Source: Moniliella sp. 'wahieum'
Taxonomy: Eukaryota
Direction: 5' to 3'
NCBI GenBank assembly: GCA_003971905.1
Contig: RSEE01000090.1
Span: 124,001-188,000 of the forward strand
Length of the DNA: 64,000 bases
The position numbers and the translations under genes are program-made. Positions 36,942-51,466 of the stretch are shown one piece after another (positions within the stretch are counted from its first letter, which is position 1; each line of letters begins with the position of its first letter). The notes under the pieces are model-generated. The model saw only the letters and a program-made list of their open reading frames with translations. It was not told the origin of the DNA and ran no database searches.

Positions 36942-39805
36942 TCACACCAAGCAAAAGTATACATTGGATAAATCAAGATCCACACACGCCTCGCCGGTCA
37001 CCCCTGACCGGCCCAGCAGCTGCAATTCCACTGCCCCAATACATGCGTTACACATGGGGTACTCCGGGTTGGTCAAATTGACCAGGAACGGGTCGGCGAG
37101 GATCTGGTCGACGGGAATGCCCGTGGAGGAATCGGCAAACTGCAAGAGACTCGCGACGTTTGTCGCGCCCCAGACGGCGTCCGGGGGCCAATCGGTAGGC
37201 CAGTCGGTAGGAACCGGTCGAAGAGGGAAAGAAGAAGGCAGTGGTAAGTCCAACCGGGGTTCATCGGACGTGGGAGGAACGGGTGGAGCCGAGGTGAGAA
37301 CCAATGGGGACGAAGAGGTGGTAGCAGTTGGATCGAGGGTAGACACGTCGACCGTAGAGGGAGCAGTAGATTCGAGCGCTTGGGCGCGAGGCACGGAGCG
37401 AAGTGCAGGAGGTAAGATACTAGAAGGGGACGAGCCTCGGCGGATGGATCGACGGTGCCCGATAAGGTCGGTGGTGTAGGCTTGCATGTACGAGTCCACA
37501 GCGCGTGCTCCATCGCCCTGTTGTTGTCCGTTCCGGTTCAGGGCCAGAACGAGCAGCCGTTCCAGTCGTTCACCGGTAAAATGCTGCATTCCCATGGGAC
37601 CCGGCACACCATTGGAACCTGGAGCAGTCGCGACCCAGTGCGAGGGGAAGTCCGAGTTGTTCACCCACGGCACGTCGATCGTCTCGGACCGGCCGCGACG
37701 CCAGGAAGAGTCATCGAGGCACTCGATCGCCAGTGCTACCTCTTCATCGAGGGAGTGCGTTCCGAATGCGCCGCCTGGGTAGATGGGCGGAGGAGGAGGA
37801 GGTGGGAGGAGAAGGTCAAAGATGAGCAGAAGACCGGCGTTGAAAAGGCTGTGTCGCAAAGACCATTGACGATGGAGAATAATGTCCTTCGTCGAAGCGC
37901 GTTGGACAGCACGAAATGAGCACACTTTGTTCCATGGCGGAAGTAATGGACAAGGCTTGACCCGAATCTGGCTGGGCCAAGTCCTGGTACCGCCCAGCAC
38001 ATAAGGCATGTGCAGCGACAGAAGAATCGCGCGTAATGGGAGCGTGATCGCAACTGCTTGCATCAACAGCCAGGGGAAGCGCTTCACTTTAGCATGCACC
38101 TCCGGTTCTCGATCTTGTTTCTTGCATTCGCCCACCTTAGCTCGGGAGGGCGTTGGGAGAGTTGCTGCTGCAAGCACCGGTCGTGCTCCACCTTGTCGTA
38201 CCCCACATTCACCCGTTGTGAGGCATCGTGCACGCCCAAGTCACACAGCTTGCGCGCCTCGTCGGCCAACTGGATCTGCCACTTCCACACCCACATGGCT
38301 GCATGGGCGTCCACGCCTCCACATGTGCTCCGAGCGGTCGGAGCTTCTTTGGTTTCCTGCGCCGTATCCGCTTCCTGTTCTTCGTCCGCTTCTTGCAACT
38401 CATCCGCTTCCTCGGTATCATCCGCCCTTGACCCGCATCCTCGGGTGCCGCGCCTCGCTTAGATCAGGAGAGAACTTGCGTTTCTGGCCCGCAGTCTTGG
38501 CCGCCTGGGCATAGCCTTCAATTAAATCGTCCATCGACAGGTCCCACTCGGTCGAGAGGTTTGCGGGAATATGGTATAGCAGCCCATGTAAGGAGCCGCA
38601 CGCCAGTCGGTACACACCAACGCCAGCCAACATCCCGCCTTTTCGTACTCATGCAGCGTGCGCGGCCGTTCGCTTATCTTGCCCATCTTGTCCAGTCCAG
38701 CTTGGCGGGCCCAGCGGATGGCTACGTCCAACACTTCACTGCATCCGGGCGGCGGGGCGCCACACGAGGCTGCCAAGGCAATTGCCACACCCGCCTGAAT
38801 ACGCAGCAAGGCAGCGGGGCAGCCCGCATGGGGCAAAGCGTTTTTCACCCAACGCGGCGCTCGGCGGAGACATTCGCGCGCAAGCGTGTTGAGTTCGCAC
38901 GCTTTGCGTGCCACAAACGACGCATCGTCCACCACCCCCAGATGAGCAGCCGGGTGGGCTGGGCCAAGCGGAAGACGGCAGAGCATGCAGCACACAGCCA
39001 CGCTAGCATGGGCAAGGTCATGCCGGTCAAATTGCCCACCTGCACCGGCTCTTCTCCCAAGGGGAGAAGGTACAGGTCGCGTGTGCGTTGCAGCATCAGG
39101 TGCGGGTCATACGAGGGCGCAGCGACAGATTTGGACCAGTACAGTTCCAGCACGGTCCATCTGCACCAGCCGGGGGGGCAGCAGCCTGCGTGCCCGACAG
39201 GCAAGTTCGGATGTAGGCTGGGTCATGTTACGGGCGCAATGGTGCTGGTGGGTCCCGGTTGACCCCAGGGGGGTGGTGCGTGTCGGAGCCAACGGAAGCA
39301 GCGCTGCGATCGCCGCGGGAGGAAGGCGAGGGCGCAGCAGGGGAGTCGGATGGCAGGGATGGGGGCGGATGGGAGACTGGGGCAAGGTAGGGGGCAGGGG
39401 CAAAGGTGGAGGCGGGGACGGGAGGGGAGGCGGGGAAAGGGCCGATGGGATGCGGCTCGTGGGGGGTCGTCGGGGGGGCGGGGCGGTGCGACGGCGCACA
39501 TGGGGTGCATGGAGGACAGGGATGCCGTTGGGGTGCACTGGCTGGGTGAGCGGCCATGGGCGCGGCAGGTGGCACAGATGGGGACGTCGCGTCGCACCTG
39601 GCGGGGGGGGGGTGGGGGTAGGAGAGGGAGGGGCAGGCGAGGTCAGCGAGCAGGGAGGAGAGGGGGGAAAAGGGGGAGGGGGCACGCACTTGAGCTTGCT
39701 GGCACGGCACGTGTCGCAGCTGAGTTGGGGCGCAGGCGCTTTGCTGGGCGGGGAGGAAGAGGAGGGGGAGGGGCTGCGGCAGGAGCAGAGCGGAGGCAGA
39801 CGCAT
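36942..39805 (-). CDS. Zn(II)2Cys6 fungal transcription factor
   Basis: SCDTCRASKLK|C..RDVPICATCRAHGRSPSQC across an intron (about 39598-39689); downstream middle-homology-like segments (AIRWARQAGLD, CWLALVCTDW..YTI; SLRHSLFNAGLLLIFDLL); many frameshifts, ends approximate. Confidence 0.78.
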
Positions 39806-40151
39806 GACGGAGAGCGGACGCGGTGGCGGTGGCGGTGGAAGTGGCGGTGGAAGGGAAGTGGCGGGTGGAAGTGGAAGTGGCGGTGGCGGTGAGATGAGAG
39901 TGCTGCTCGTGTGCATGCAAGCCAGGGCACTTGGTAATCTGATCAGCGATCGATCGATCGCCTCGTCCCAGCGCAAGCTCGCAAGGCTCAGCACACGCTG
40001 CTCCGCGGCGGGAGCATGGCCGAGTGGCCACCGGCCATTCCGGCTCTTGGCCGGTCGTACCGCATAACCAACCGTCAACCCTGCTACTGGGCAGGGTGCA
40101 CGTGACCACCATCCCCACCCAAGTAACAGACCCACGTCCGTCACGCGTCAC

Positions 40152-40223
40152 GGGCGGATAGCTCAGGGGTAGAGCGCTTGCTTAGCATGCATGAGGTCCG
40201 GGGTTCAATTCCCTGTTCGTCCA
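40152..40223 (+). tRNA. tRNA-Ala (AGC)
   Basis: Cloverleaf with acceptor GGGCGGA/TTCGTCC including the G3:U70 Ala determinant, A box TAGCTCAGGGG, anticodon loop TTAGCAT, T loop TTCAATT, downstream T-run terminator. Confidence 0.95.
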
Positions 40224-40940
40224 TCCTTACGATTCTTTTTCCATTTTGCCATCCAACTGCCGTCCAAACTTGCACAACCCTTCACGCAATACATACCTTC
40301 AGCCTATCATCGCCAACCTTCAAAGCAGGCTGGGGATCAGAGGGAGAGAGCTGTGAAAAGCGCCGCCTCTGGCTGTGGTTCCGACCTCGAAAAGAAGTGA
40401 AAACGACCCAGAATGTGCTCAGTGGCTATGCCAACTCATCAGGCCAGTGTGTGCTTTTTACATGCCTATCTTCTGTGCCTCTCGAACGGGCTCTCTGCCA
40501 CTGTTTCGCGCTAATAACCGTGGGGGATGCTTGTCTTCCAAACGCTATCCATAATCATTGAATGATGAGAAGAGCACTGCAGCTATCTCATATTCGTCCC
40601 AAAAGCATATCGCAGTGGTGTCACAAAAGTCCTACGGACCATGCACCAAAGTGAAGTGAGAGAGTAAAGGAAGGAAAACCCACGAGAAGGGGTGTATAGA
40701 CGCCAGGAACTGGCGATATCAAAGTAGGCCCTCTCGCGCATGGCATAACCAACAAACAAACGTAACAATAGGAGAGAAGGGGGAGGGGGAGGGGGGTGAG
40801 ATCGAGAGACAAAAAGGTGATTTCTGGGGTGGGGGCCGGGATGTTTTTCCTTGTAGTGGGTTCATACAGGTGTGATAAGCCCCGTACAACACCAATCTCG
40901 AGTGCAATTGAGTGTCATGTGGGGAGACAAAATAAGAGGA

Positions 40941-42132
40941 TTAGGCCCACTTTGCCAGCAATGCCATCAACCCTGCACCTAGGAAGACGTAAAAGATGTC
41001 GAGGGTGAGGAGCCAGATGGGCGCCTTGCGCATCTTGTCATTGAAAACAAAGTCGTGGGCAATCAGCTCGACAAAGGCTGTGTAGCACAAAATGCCAGCC
41101 GAGATGGAATCAAGGGTACCTTCAACGTAGTTGGCCGTGGCACTGTTGGCATTGTACGTGTGCCGGATGCCCAATCCGATTGCCTCGCCAATGGGGGTGA
41201 CGCAAGGGTAGGCCAATGCGCCTAAGAAGGGCAGCCAGGAACCCTTCTCGAGTGGCAAAAAGGCCAGACGGACTCCTAGTCCCAGTCCCTCGAACATCTG
41301 GTGAAAGATGATGACTATAAAGAGCGTGATAAAGTCGCTCTGGGAACTGGAGGAGCCAAGTGTAAGACCAATAATGACCGAATGAAAGATGACACCAAAC
41401 TCAAGGATAGCCACACCAATGATCTGCGACGCACCGTTGCCTGACTGTGCATCCAGTTGCTCCGAGTCGGCATCCGCAATCCAGTTCTCCTCGTCTGAGA
41501 GCTTATCTCTCTTCACCGATGTATCGGAAGGCGGTTCCACAGGTGAGGACTGGTACTCTCCCGCGGGAGTAAGGGGGAGTTGATGTGCTCGGCGGCATGG
41601 TGGTGTCCACCCTGGTGGGGATCGTAAGCCAGCTTGTTGGCCAGTTTCGCGCCCCAGCGGAAGGCAAGCATCTCGATGAGAAAGATGAGGCTAGTATGCG
41701 GTAAAGAAACATAACAGTCATGGCGGGTTAATAGCAACCCTCTCAAGAACACAGTACCACTGCGATAATAGACAGAGAGGAATGGGACGAGGGCGAGGAT
41801 GATGGAGGAGAACATACAGGGCTGAGAAGAGGCAGAAGAAGAACGCGAATGGATAACCTTGGAAGGTCGAGTTCAGGCAGGGGGAGCCAAGTTCCTCAGA
41901 AGCAGGTTGGAGTAAGTGCATAAAGGCGGTGGCCAAGATGACACCGAGCCAAAGTAGCGACAAATGTCGTAGGCCCAGACGGGGATGTTGACCTGGGGGA
42001 CGCGCTTGGTGACGACCGGGAACATGGTCGCGAAGAGGGAGTGGCGAGGATGATAAAAATAGATCCGATTCGGAGACCGATCCCGCCTTGGTAAGGCGGG
42101 TCTTGGCTGCAAGCATCAGAAGCGTCAGACAT
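40941..42132 (-). CDS. ZIP family zinc/iron transporter (Zrt1/Zrt2-like)
   Basis: GLRIGSIFIIL, YFGS/GVILATAFMHLL, His-rich loop HQGGHHHAAEH, ILEFGVIFHSVIIGLTL, FHQMFEGLGLG, LDSISAGILCY, LMALLAKWA; intron near 41694-41815. Confidence 0.95.
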
Positions 42133-44170
42133 GGCGTGGGTGTGTTGGAGAGGAAAGTGGGTGGTGGAAAAGGTCGGAGAAAGCTGATCGAAGCAAGCAA
42201 GAAAAAGAGAGAAAGGGCTGATTATATGGCAACTCTCTCTCTTTCTAGTTCAGCGTGTGCAGAAGAGAGACAACCGTGACGGTGCATGTTGGACATGGAG
42301 GTCACTGTATCCGCAGAGAAAGGGTGCAGAGCCATCCTGAGGCCTGAAGGCCAAAGTCAAATGACTTGTCAGGAACCACCACTCACGGCGAGCACCCACA
42401 GTGGAGCAACAGGGGGACGAGCAGGAGTTGTTAGCAAAATCCGCGGGCAAACATTGAAAAACAGAAGGTACTTCAGGACAGTCTGGTAGCGCCACCCTGG
42501 TAGCCGCCACCCTGTGCGTGGTAGCCGCGAGAAGGCTCAAACATGCGAGGGCCGTAGTGGACAGACGATTGTACACTTCAGGTTGCCACAAGGAGTAGCA
42601 ATGGTATAACAACTAGAAGCCTACTGTGCTGGTGACTAATTAGTAGTTCTGTCACGTGTTGGCCAAATGGTTATCCCTTCCTCAAAGGTACCGCGAACCC
42701 GCGTTTCACGGCCATTTGCTGTGGGGACCTTCCTGGGCAGGCCGAATGGTTATACTCGCTGGCACTGTATGGGCAACCCTCATTGGGGGCACAGCTGAGA
42801 CAATGTGATTGCTCTGTACCTTTTTCACTGTATGTTGTGATGGGTTCAAAATACGATGGTACTCCCTGTCAGGTACTGATACCTACTTCACGCGGATCAG
42901 ACTGTTGCCTGTTTGATACGAGACAGGGTGGGGAAAAGGGTGGCGGATGAAAAACTTCTTTTGTCGCTTTGCTTTGTTCGCTGCGAGAGTGCAACAATAC
43001 TATGCCATACTACTTTTGCCCACGGGGGTATATCCGACAACAGTAGTAACCGTTTTTCAGAGTTCAAGGGCGGGGGTGGAGGGACACCATCACGCGTACC
43101 TTGACGGCCCTCAGGTCACCCGGTCACGGGGAGATCTCTCTTCGCATCTGCCCACACAGTGTGAAAAAGAAGCAGACAGTGAGTTGATTGAACGGCGTAT
43201 CCTCCTCTAGCAAACCTGTGTGGGTAAAAACCAGCTCTGTATCCGTAGTGCATACACCCTTTGGGCTGTATTTTACTTTTGCCACACATCTAGTAGTAGG
43301 GAGTTCTCCTTATTGAATGTCGCACAATGGACATGCACGATCATGTGGATCCTACTCTGTTCGAGTAGCTCTGGCCCAACGAGGAGGTGTTTGAGTGTAT
43401 ACCCAGGAAAATGGAATTCCTGGGAAGGGGAATCTTACCTACTTCCCAATTATGGGCCTCCTACAGTCCCCACAGGGAAGGCCGGGAAGAAAGGTGCCAT
43501 CAGGTAATACACGCGGACATTTTTTGCCATGCATATCTGACTACTAGTAGTAGGGAGCAGCAATACCGCGGAATTTCCCCTAAGCACCACATCTAATAAG
43601 AACCGAGAATGCGCTTCTCTGCCAGTCTCTTCGCTCATCCACGTATTTCCAGGTTTTTTGTAAGTGGACCCATTGCCTATGATCGTGGCACAGACCAAAC
43701 ATCAAAACCTCTGGAGTATGGACGATCACAGTAGGTTATGAAAAGACCGAGGGGGCACGCGGGACCAGTTAACCCTCATTTTCATTTCCTGCTTGTCGTG
43801 CAATGGAGAAGGCGAGCCAATTAGCTCAAAAATTATATATGCTGGAAACGATGAGGAGGGGAACCCTTTTCGTAGCAGCACATCGTTCGCCCACTGTAAT
43901 ATCCACTACAGCCAGAGCCTCAAGCCGCATCAGGTTGATGGACTGATGCGTGGTGTACTCTCTCTGTCCACTAGATTCTATTCACCACGCCCCTATTACG
44001 TCATGACGGGCAACCAGAAAAACCAATGTTCAAATATACGAGGCCATTTCCGCCCATTCCGCCTACGCGTCTAGCTGACGCGGCGGTGGGGAGGTGAGCC
44101 AGGGCTTTGGTCCCGGTACCATTGTCTCCTCCACCGACCGGACAGCAGCTGTGGCCTGGACTTGTTGACG

Positions 44171-45164
<994 letters not shown>

Positions 45165-45395
45165 GCAGATGCATATTTCGATCCCCATGAACTCTTGGAT
45201 GAAGAGGTGCTGGTAACGTCTCTGCCGGCTGGAAGAGAGTGGGATGTTAAATGGGAGGCGAGGGATGGGTAGAGACAAGTATATAGGTAGGTACATATGC
45301 GGAAGACCGTTCCCGCTGCGGGTCCATCTGTAGGGGCTCAAAGAGCGAGGGGGACGGATTCGAGGGCGTGGGCCTATGGCAACTTGGGAGAATGA

Positions 45396-46187
45396 TTAGA
45401 TCTGGCGCCGGACTTCAAAGTGACTTGGAAGGAGGATACGTTAGCTGAGAAAGTTTTGGGTTAACCAGAGAGGGGGCCAGGGGGGACGTACTGTTTGATG
45501 AAAAAGATTGGACACCCACCACGCTGCAGAGCATGACGCCTTGGATCAGGGACCACCAACCGACTCTGCGGCGTGTGCTCTCGGCTGTGCGTTGGTGCAT
45601 CCGATCACGAACAACAAGGTACTCTTGCTCGTCCTTGACTGACCGCATCCCCTCTGCCAACTCGCGCACCTCTTTTTCCAATGGCGACATGAGGCCTTCG
45701 TCGGCAACATACATGACGCCATGCACATTGAAGCTGCCGCACCAAAATACGTCCAAGAGGGAAGTCACACCAGATGGGGGGAAGGGGAAGGGTGTCAGAA
45801 TGAAGCTGGCGGCATTAAGCTCGGGAGGTCCGCAACCACATACCTAACTGTCTTGTCGTGCTCGACATGGCCATGCTCAGGGTCGTGGAAGCAGTACTCG
45901 TATCGCCCGTCGGCATTGGCGGTGAAGGAGTAGGAGCCAGTGTCTTCTTCCAGAGCTGGTAGAGCATGTGCCCTGCGGGTCGGTCACCACACATCCATCG
46001 CCAGGTAGTCGGCGTGTTCGGAGCCGGACTGCCAGGTGAGGGTCATTTGGTCGCCGATGTGCAGGTCCTCAAAGAAGCACTGGCGCTGCATGCCTGGCGG
46101 GTCAAACTCGATCATGTGGGCCGAGGCAGAGAGCAGAAGGGAGGCAACGGCCAGCGCGGCGGCCAGCAGCAGGCGTGTGGAGGCCAT
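45396..46187 (-). CDS. EMP24: p24/GOLD family cargo receptor (Emp24, p24 beta)
   Basis: Signal peptide, CFFEDL, GRYEYCF, VKDEQEYLVVRDRMHQRTAEST..RVGWWS, C-terminal HFEVRRQI-stop; two introns. Confidence 0.88.
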
Positions 46188-46531
46188 GGCGGGGGCGGGG
46201 GAGTGGTGGTGGCGGTGGCCCCGGCAGGGCTGCTTCTTGAGCGGGGGTGATGCGCTGGCTGCCGCCTTGGCTGGGTGGTGCAATATTCGAGGTGCGCCAC
46301 ACGGCAAGAGAAGCGGTGGGTGCCACGTCACACTTCACATGTCACGTGTCTGGCTGGCTTGCGCCGTTCCAGCCGGAGCCGCGTGGCTCGCTCGACTATT
46401 CAATGTTCAATATTCAATGTCCAAACGTTCACATAGGCGAACGCCCCGGGCAAGGCTCGGCGATGTGGCTGCGTGCGTCCCCCCTGCCGCTGTTTCTCGG
46501 CCACCAACCAAACACCTCCACCCCCCCCACC

Positions 46532-47879
46532 ATGCCCGCCGACGCGGACACCAACACTCCTCCCCCCGCCGCCGCCGCTGCCGACGCCTCGGACGACGAG
46601 GGCGAGCTCGTGTCTCTGACCATCAAGGGCCCTGCCGGGCTGCAGTTGCCCATCCAGATCGGACTCGCTGCGCCGGTGCGCAAGCTGAAGCAAGCCATCG
46701 AGCGTGCCAAGCCCGATTTCCCCGTGCCTCTCTCCGCCTCATCTATGGTGGCAAGGTGCTCAAGGACGACGTTTGCTGGAAAAGTACAACATCCAGGGCG
46801 GTCATACCATCCACATGGTCCGCTCCCGTGGCCCGCCCAGCGCCACCGGAAGCAGTGCCGCCACCACCACGCCCGCGCCGCCGCGCCCGCCCCGGCGGCT
46901 GCTCACTCTCCGTCGGCAGCTGCCTCTCCAGCTGCAAGCGCAGCTGACGGGCCGAGGCACGGGGTGCCCAGCACGTTCGGTGCCGGCCAGACATTTACCA
47001 ACAACCCGCTTGCCGCGCTCAACCGGCCTGATCTGGCTGGCCCGCACATGGCTGCGCTCAATCCGTTTGCCGGAATGGAGGGCAACCCTCGGACCCGAAC
47101 TTTATGATGAACTTGATGGAGGATTCCAACTTTCAAGCGCAAGCGCGCGAGGCCTTGGCCCAGCCGGGCATTGTGGATCAGATCCTGGTGATGCGGCCGC
47201 AGATGCGGCCGTACCGTGCATGCTGGAGACGATGCTTCAGTCGGAACAGTTCCGCGAAATGCTCACCAACCCTGAGATGATGCGGCGGAGTCAACAGATG
47301 GCAGGGGCCATGGGTGCAGGTGGCATGCCTGGCTTTGGTCCCTTTGGCTCGGGCTTGTTTGGCGCTCCGCCGGCGACAGGCGGCGGAGCGCCCGGAGCAG
47401 CTCAATGGCCTACTTTTGCCCCCCCCGCCAACCCGGCCGCTGGGATGCCGGGGAGCACCGAGGCGCCTGCCACGGGTGCTGGTGCGGGTGGCGCGGCCAA
47501 CGCAGGGCCTGGCGCACCAGGCTCGGAGGAGTCGTTCGAGCGAGTTCTTCGCGCTTTGGGCGCCGGAGCTGGCCGTGTTCCTGGTAGAGAACGCCTTCCC
47601 GCCCTTTCCGTTTGGCGATTTTGGCGGCATGGGTGGCCCCGGTGGGTTGGGCGGTCTTGGAGGCCTGGGTGGCCTGGGAGGCTTGCCGGGGCTGCGGGCG
47701 CGGGTGCTGGTGCAGCCGCTGGTGATTCTCGCCCCCCCGAGGAACGGTATTCCAACGAGCTTGCCCAGTTGCAGGGAATGGGCTTTACGAATGGACCGGC
47801 CAACTTGCGGGCGTTGTTGATCAGTGGCGGGAGCGTTGAGGCGGCCGTGACGCTCCTACTGGAGGGCGGTGGGATTTGA
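46532..47879 (+). CDS. DSK2: UBL-STI1-UBA ubiquitin receptor (ubiquilin)
   Basis: UBL LTIKGP..LRLIYGGKVLKDD..YNIQGGHTIHMVRS; STI1 FREMLTNPEMMR; UBA RPPEERYSNELAQLQGMGF..NLRALLISGGSVEAAVTLLL. Confidence 0.9.
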
Positions 47880-48286
47880 AGGACGGGAAAGGAGGAAGGG
47901 CGCCGCTTGCCTCTGGTCAATCTGGCCTCTTCTTGCGATGAGGAAAATGGCGTGGACAACGATTGGATTCGCCCGCCATTTATCGATTATCCAGCAAGCT
48001 TGGTGCTGCTCGCCACCGTGTCTCGCTTTCCCTTCGGTTATTGGCTCAAGCTGCTATGCAGGGCTTGCTTTCGATGACCTGGCTGGGGTTTGTTTCGGCC
48101 GAATGACATCGAATGATTGAAGTATTCTATGTATATGGAGTGTTCGGCGCTGGGGACCGGGGCTATCATCTTATCGAATGAGTGCGACTCCGATAGTCCA
48201 TGGAAGAGGGTGCGCTCGAGAGAGTAAAAGGTGTTGATTTCCATGTCCCCGTCCCACGGATATTTCCTGTGTGGCAACATCATAAC

Positions 48287-48376
48287 TCCTCAATGGTCCA
48301 ACGGCTATGATGTCACGCTTTCAAGTCGCTGTTCGACTGATCCGTGAAGACCCGGGTTCGACTCCCGGTTGGGGAA
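48287..48376 (+). tRNA. tRNA-Glu (TTC) with 18-nt intron
   Basis: Acceptor TCCTCAA/TTGGGGA, anticodon stem TCACG/CGTGA with loop CT-TTC-A, intron 48324-48341 at canonical 37/38 position, T arm CCGGG-TTCGACT-CCCGG, T-run terminator. Confidence 0.92.
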
Positions 48377-48494
48377 GCTTTTTGTGTTTTTGAGAAGAGA
48401 AGCGCAGGCGCGCGGGTGGGCTGCTGCGCCACGCGCCCCACATACCTCCTGCCCGCCGCCCCTCTCCCGTCGCCACCATCGCCTTGCCGCTGGG

Positions 48495-50688
48495 ATGGAC
48501 GACCACAACGCCGCCACTCCGTTGGCGGTGCCGCGTCCACAGGGCGGCGACTACTTCTCGCCTCGGCCCAGGACGCCTATGCCCAGTCCCCCAGCCCCCC
48601 CGCCGCCGTGTCGTTGGCGCCGGCAGCGCTGCACCAGCTGCCCCTGCCCTCGCTCAGCTCCCCCTCCGACTATGGCGACGGCCTCGGCATCTCCCCTGCT
48701 TCCTTCGACCGCATCAGCGCCATGAGCGGTGCTAGCAGCACCGACGCCTCCCACCGCGCCTCCCTCGGCCACACTGGCACCCTCAGCCCCATCCCGCCTT
48801 CGCTGGTCCCGCCGGTCCAGCTGTTTTCCAGCCGTCGCTCCAGCCGTCGGGCCAGCGTCTGGGCCCCAGGACACACCTCCTCCTTCTTTTGCCCCCCCGC
48901 CTCTCGAGCCTCAGATGCGTGGTCCGATGACGAGCGACGACTCGGGTAGCGAGTACTCCAACCAGGACTCCCTGCCCCTTCCTCATTGGCTCACACCAGC
49001 AACCCCAGTCAGACCCATCCTCCTCCCGTCGTTGTGCCCGCCGGTGACTCGACGGCCGAAGGGGAGCGGGGGACAGCGAGGCTCACTTCCCAGTTTGCTG
49101 CTTTATCCTCTGGCTCGTCTCACGCCCCGTCGCACACTGTCACAACCGTTTCCACTTCTAGTGCGCCGCACCACGCGCCCTCGCTCAGCTCAGGCTCGGA
49201 GTATGGCTCGGATGCGGACACGCACGAGGAGGTCACTCGCCCCCCGCGCAAACGCGGGGTCACTATGACGAGCTGGCGAGCACCCCTCCTTCCCGCACGC
49301 CTGCTCCACCAGTCGAAGAGGCATCCGCAACGGCGGAACAGTTGCGTGTCCTGGCTGCCCTCGAAGCCGAAGCGGACGCCCGCAACCCCAATCGTCCCCG
49401 TACGCTACATGAAGCCCGCGCGCGGGCCAAAGCGCGCGCACAGGCCAAACGTGGCCATTTGCAACACCCAGGGTCCAGTACCTCCGTTTTGGAGCTCAGA
49501 GAGGCGTCTCTGGACAGTGCCCGCCGCTTCCCACGCCTATCATTTCGTTAGAACCCCCGCCGGCATTGCCTCCACGGTCCGATTCTGCCACGCGGCCGCC
49601 GGACCAACCATCTCCGCGTCTGAACGAGCAGCTGGGAAAAGAAGCTGGTTCTCCGGCCTCTACGTCCGTAAAGGGTCGCCGCTCGCTGTACAAGACCAGT
49701 TTTCCCGCAGGGCATCCTCAGACAACGCTCATGGGGACCAAGAGAACGTCAAAATGGAAGTATCCACACCCACTACTACCAAGCCATCCCTTCCCTCTTT
49801 GGATCCGGCTTCGTCCGAACGCAGCCCACTTCGCCCGCAGATACGATCCCACCTCCTCACAAACCCTTCCTCCTTTGACTCGGTCCCTGTCGACCTGCCG
49901 ACGTAAAGATGGACGTGTTTGGAGTGACTGCCCCTGGCCGAGCTTTTTTTCGGTGGTTCCCCTGGGACAACAGGCCTCCAATGGTCGATTCCTTCGCGCC
50001 GCCACCAACTTGGGCGCAGTGCGCAAAATTCCCGGTGGCCGTTCCCGCCCAAAGCCGCGTCGATCAGTGGACCGTTACCCCCCCGAGCCCCTTTATCGGT
50101 CGCCTATGCACAAGCTAAGGCCGAGCTCCTGGCCACACCTTCGGGGCTGCAGACATGGGTCAGCCTCATGTCCAAGTCGTCGGAACGGGGCGCGTACCGC
50201 CTCTCTGGTTTGAACCCGAGGCCCCGGCGTAACCGACCTGGATGGAGGGCGTCAATGGACAACTGATTCCTGGAGAGTGGTCGCCGTGCCTGTGCCAAAC
50301 CCAAACCCAGCAGTCCAACCGAGTTGGATGGGATCTGCAACAACGGCGATCCACAAGGGCGTGCCGGTCGTTCGCTTCTCCGCTCGCGCGACGGGGTCTG
50401 GCTATGCCTTGCTCGATTTGCCAGGTCAGGTTGTCTCGTCTCCTGTCGTTCCACCGGCCCCCCTTGTTTGGCGATGCCTCCGGTCCCTTATCCACGTCGC
50501 AAAGACCAGGCAAAGTACATGCATCCAGTGAAATACCTCGCAACCTTTCCTACCAGGTGCATTCACCATCTACAGCAGCGACAAAACCGTCCGCGCAACC
50601 ACCATCTCGCACAACAGCAACCTGGCTTCACGCATGCCCAACTCCCGTGCTCGAATACGCCACACGAACTGGGGACTGGGGTTCTTAG
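48495..50688 (+). CDS. Hypothetical Ser/Pro-rich low-complexity protein
   Basis: Chain of overlapping + strand ORFs (MDDHNAATPL..GDYFSPRP; helical LRVLAALEAEADARNPNRPRTLHEARARAKARAQAKR) with coding-like composition; no domain recognised; ends approximate. Confidence 0.45.
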
Positions 50689-51466
50689 TATTTTCTTTTT
50701 CTCACCCGCACTTTCTCAGGCTCTCTTCTTGGAACGATGCAGAGCCAATTCAGTCATTCCAGTTTAGCCTGCGCATGCCTTCCAACGCTCTGCCACTCAC
50801 CAAGGCGGAATTTGCTTCGTGCGACAGTCTTCTCGTGACCGTCTTCTCGCTCAAACGACGTCACATCCCGGCTCGGGCATGGCACGACATCCTCCCTTGT
50901 TACACGTTACCGATCGAGCCGACCCGTCCCTGCAGACCGGCAACCACCTTATCGGCATCACCGGCAGCCTCGACGTATCACGCTTTTTTGCTTACGAGTC
51001 CACTGTTCCCCCTCCTGTTCGAGCTAGGATCAATTTCTTCGCCGGATCCCCCTTTGGACCCAGCTTGCCCCTGTCAGTCGGTCGCAGTGAACAAGAGTCG
51101 AGTTACGCCTCTGGTTAGGGAAAGCGGGGGGGTGGGCCCAGCGATGCTGAAGCGAATTTGTTATGTATTTCCGTTGGAGGATTCCCTGGACTTGGGTCCA
51201 GGTCTCCGCTGTACGACGACCAGCTAGTTCGCTGTACCTGACCAGCGGGCCGCCTGCCCACAAACGAGCCTCTCCCCAACATCCCAAAGTGTCCCTCCTA
51301 GGAGGGTCGTAACCTGAACTCTATCCTATCCAACTATCCAATCCTATCCTCTTGCCCTTGGCTGGACCTCCCTCGCTTGTATCTACTATCGGTTGGAGGA
51401 CGGGGGGATAGCAACCGACGTGATGTTCTGAGTCCCGTACGGGACGCTCCGGTACAATGCATTCCC

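Noticed and set aside
50634..51227. 197-aa + strand ORF
   Set aside because: No recognisable features; could be UTR or a further exon of the upstream hypothetical gene
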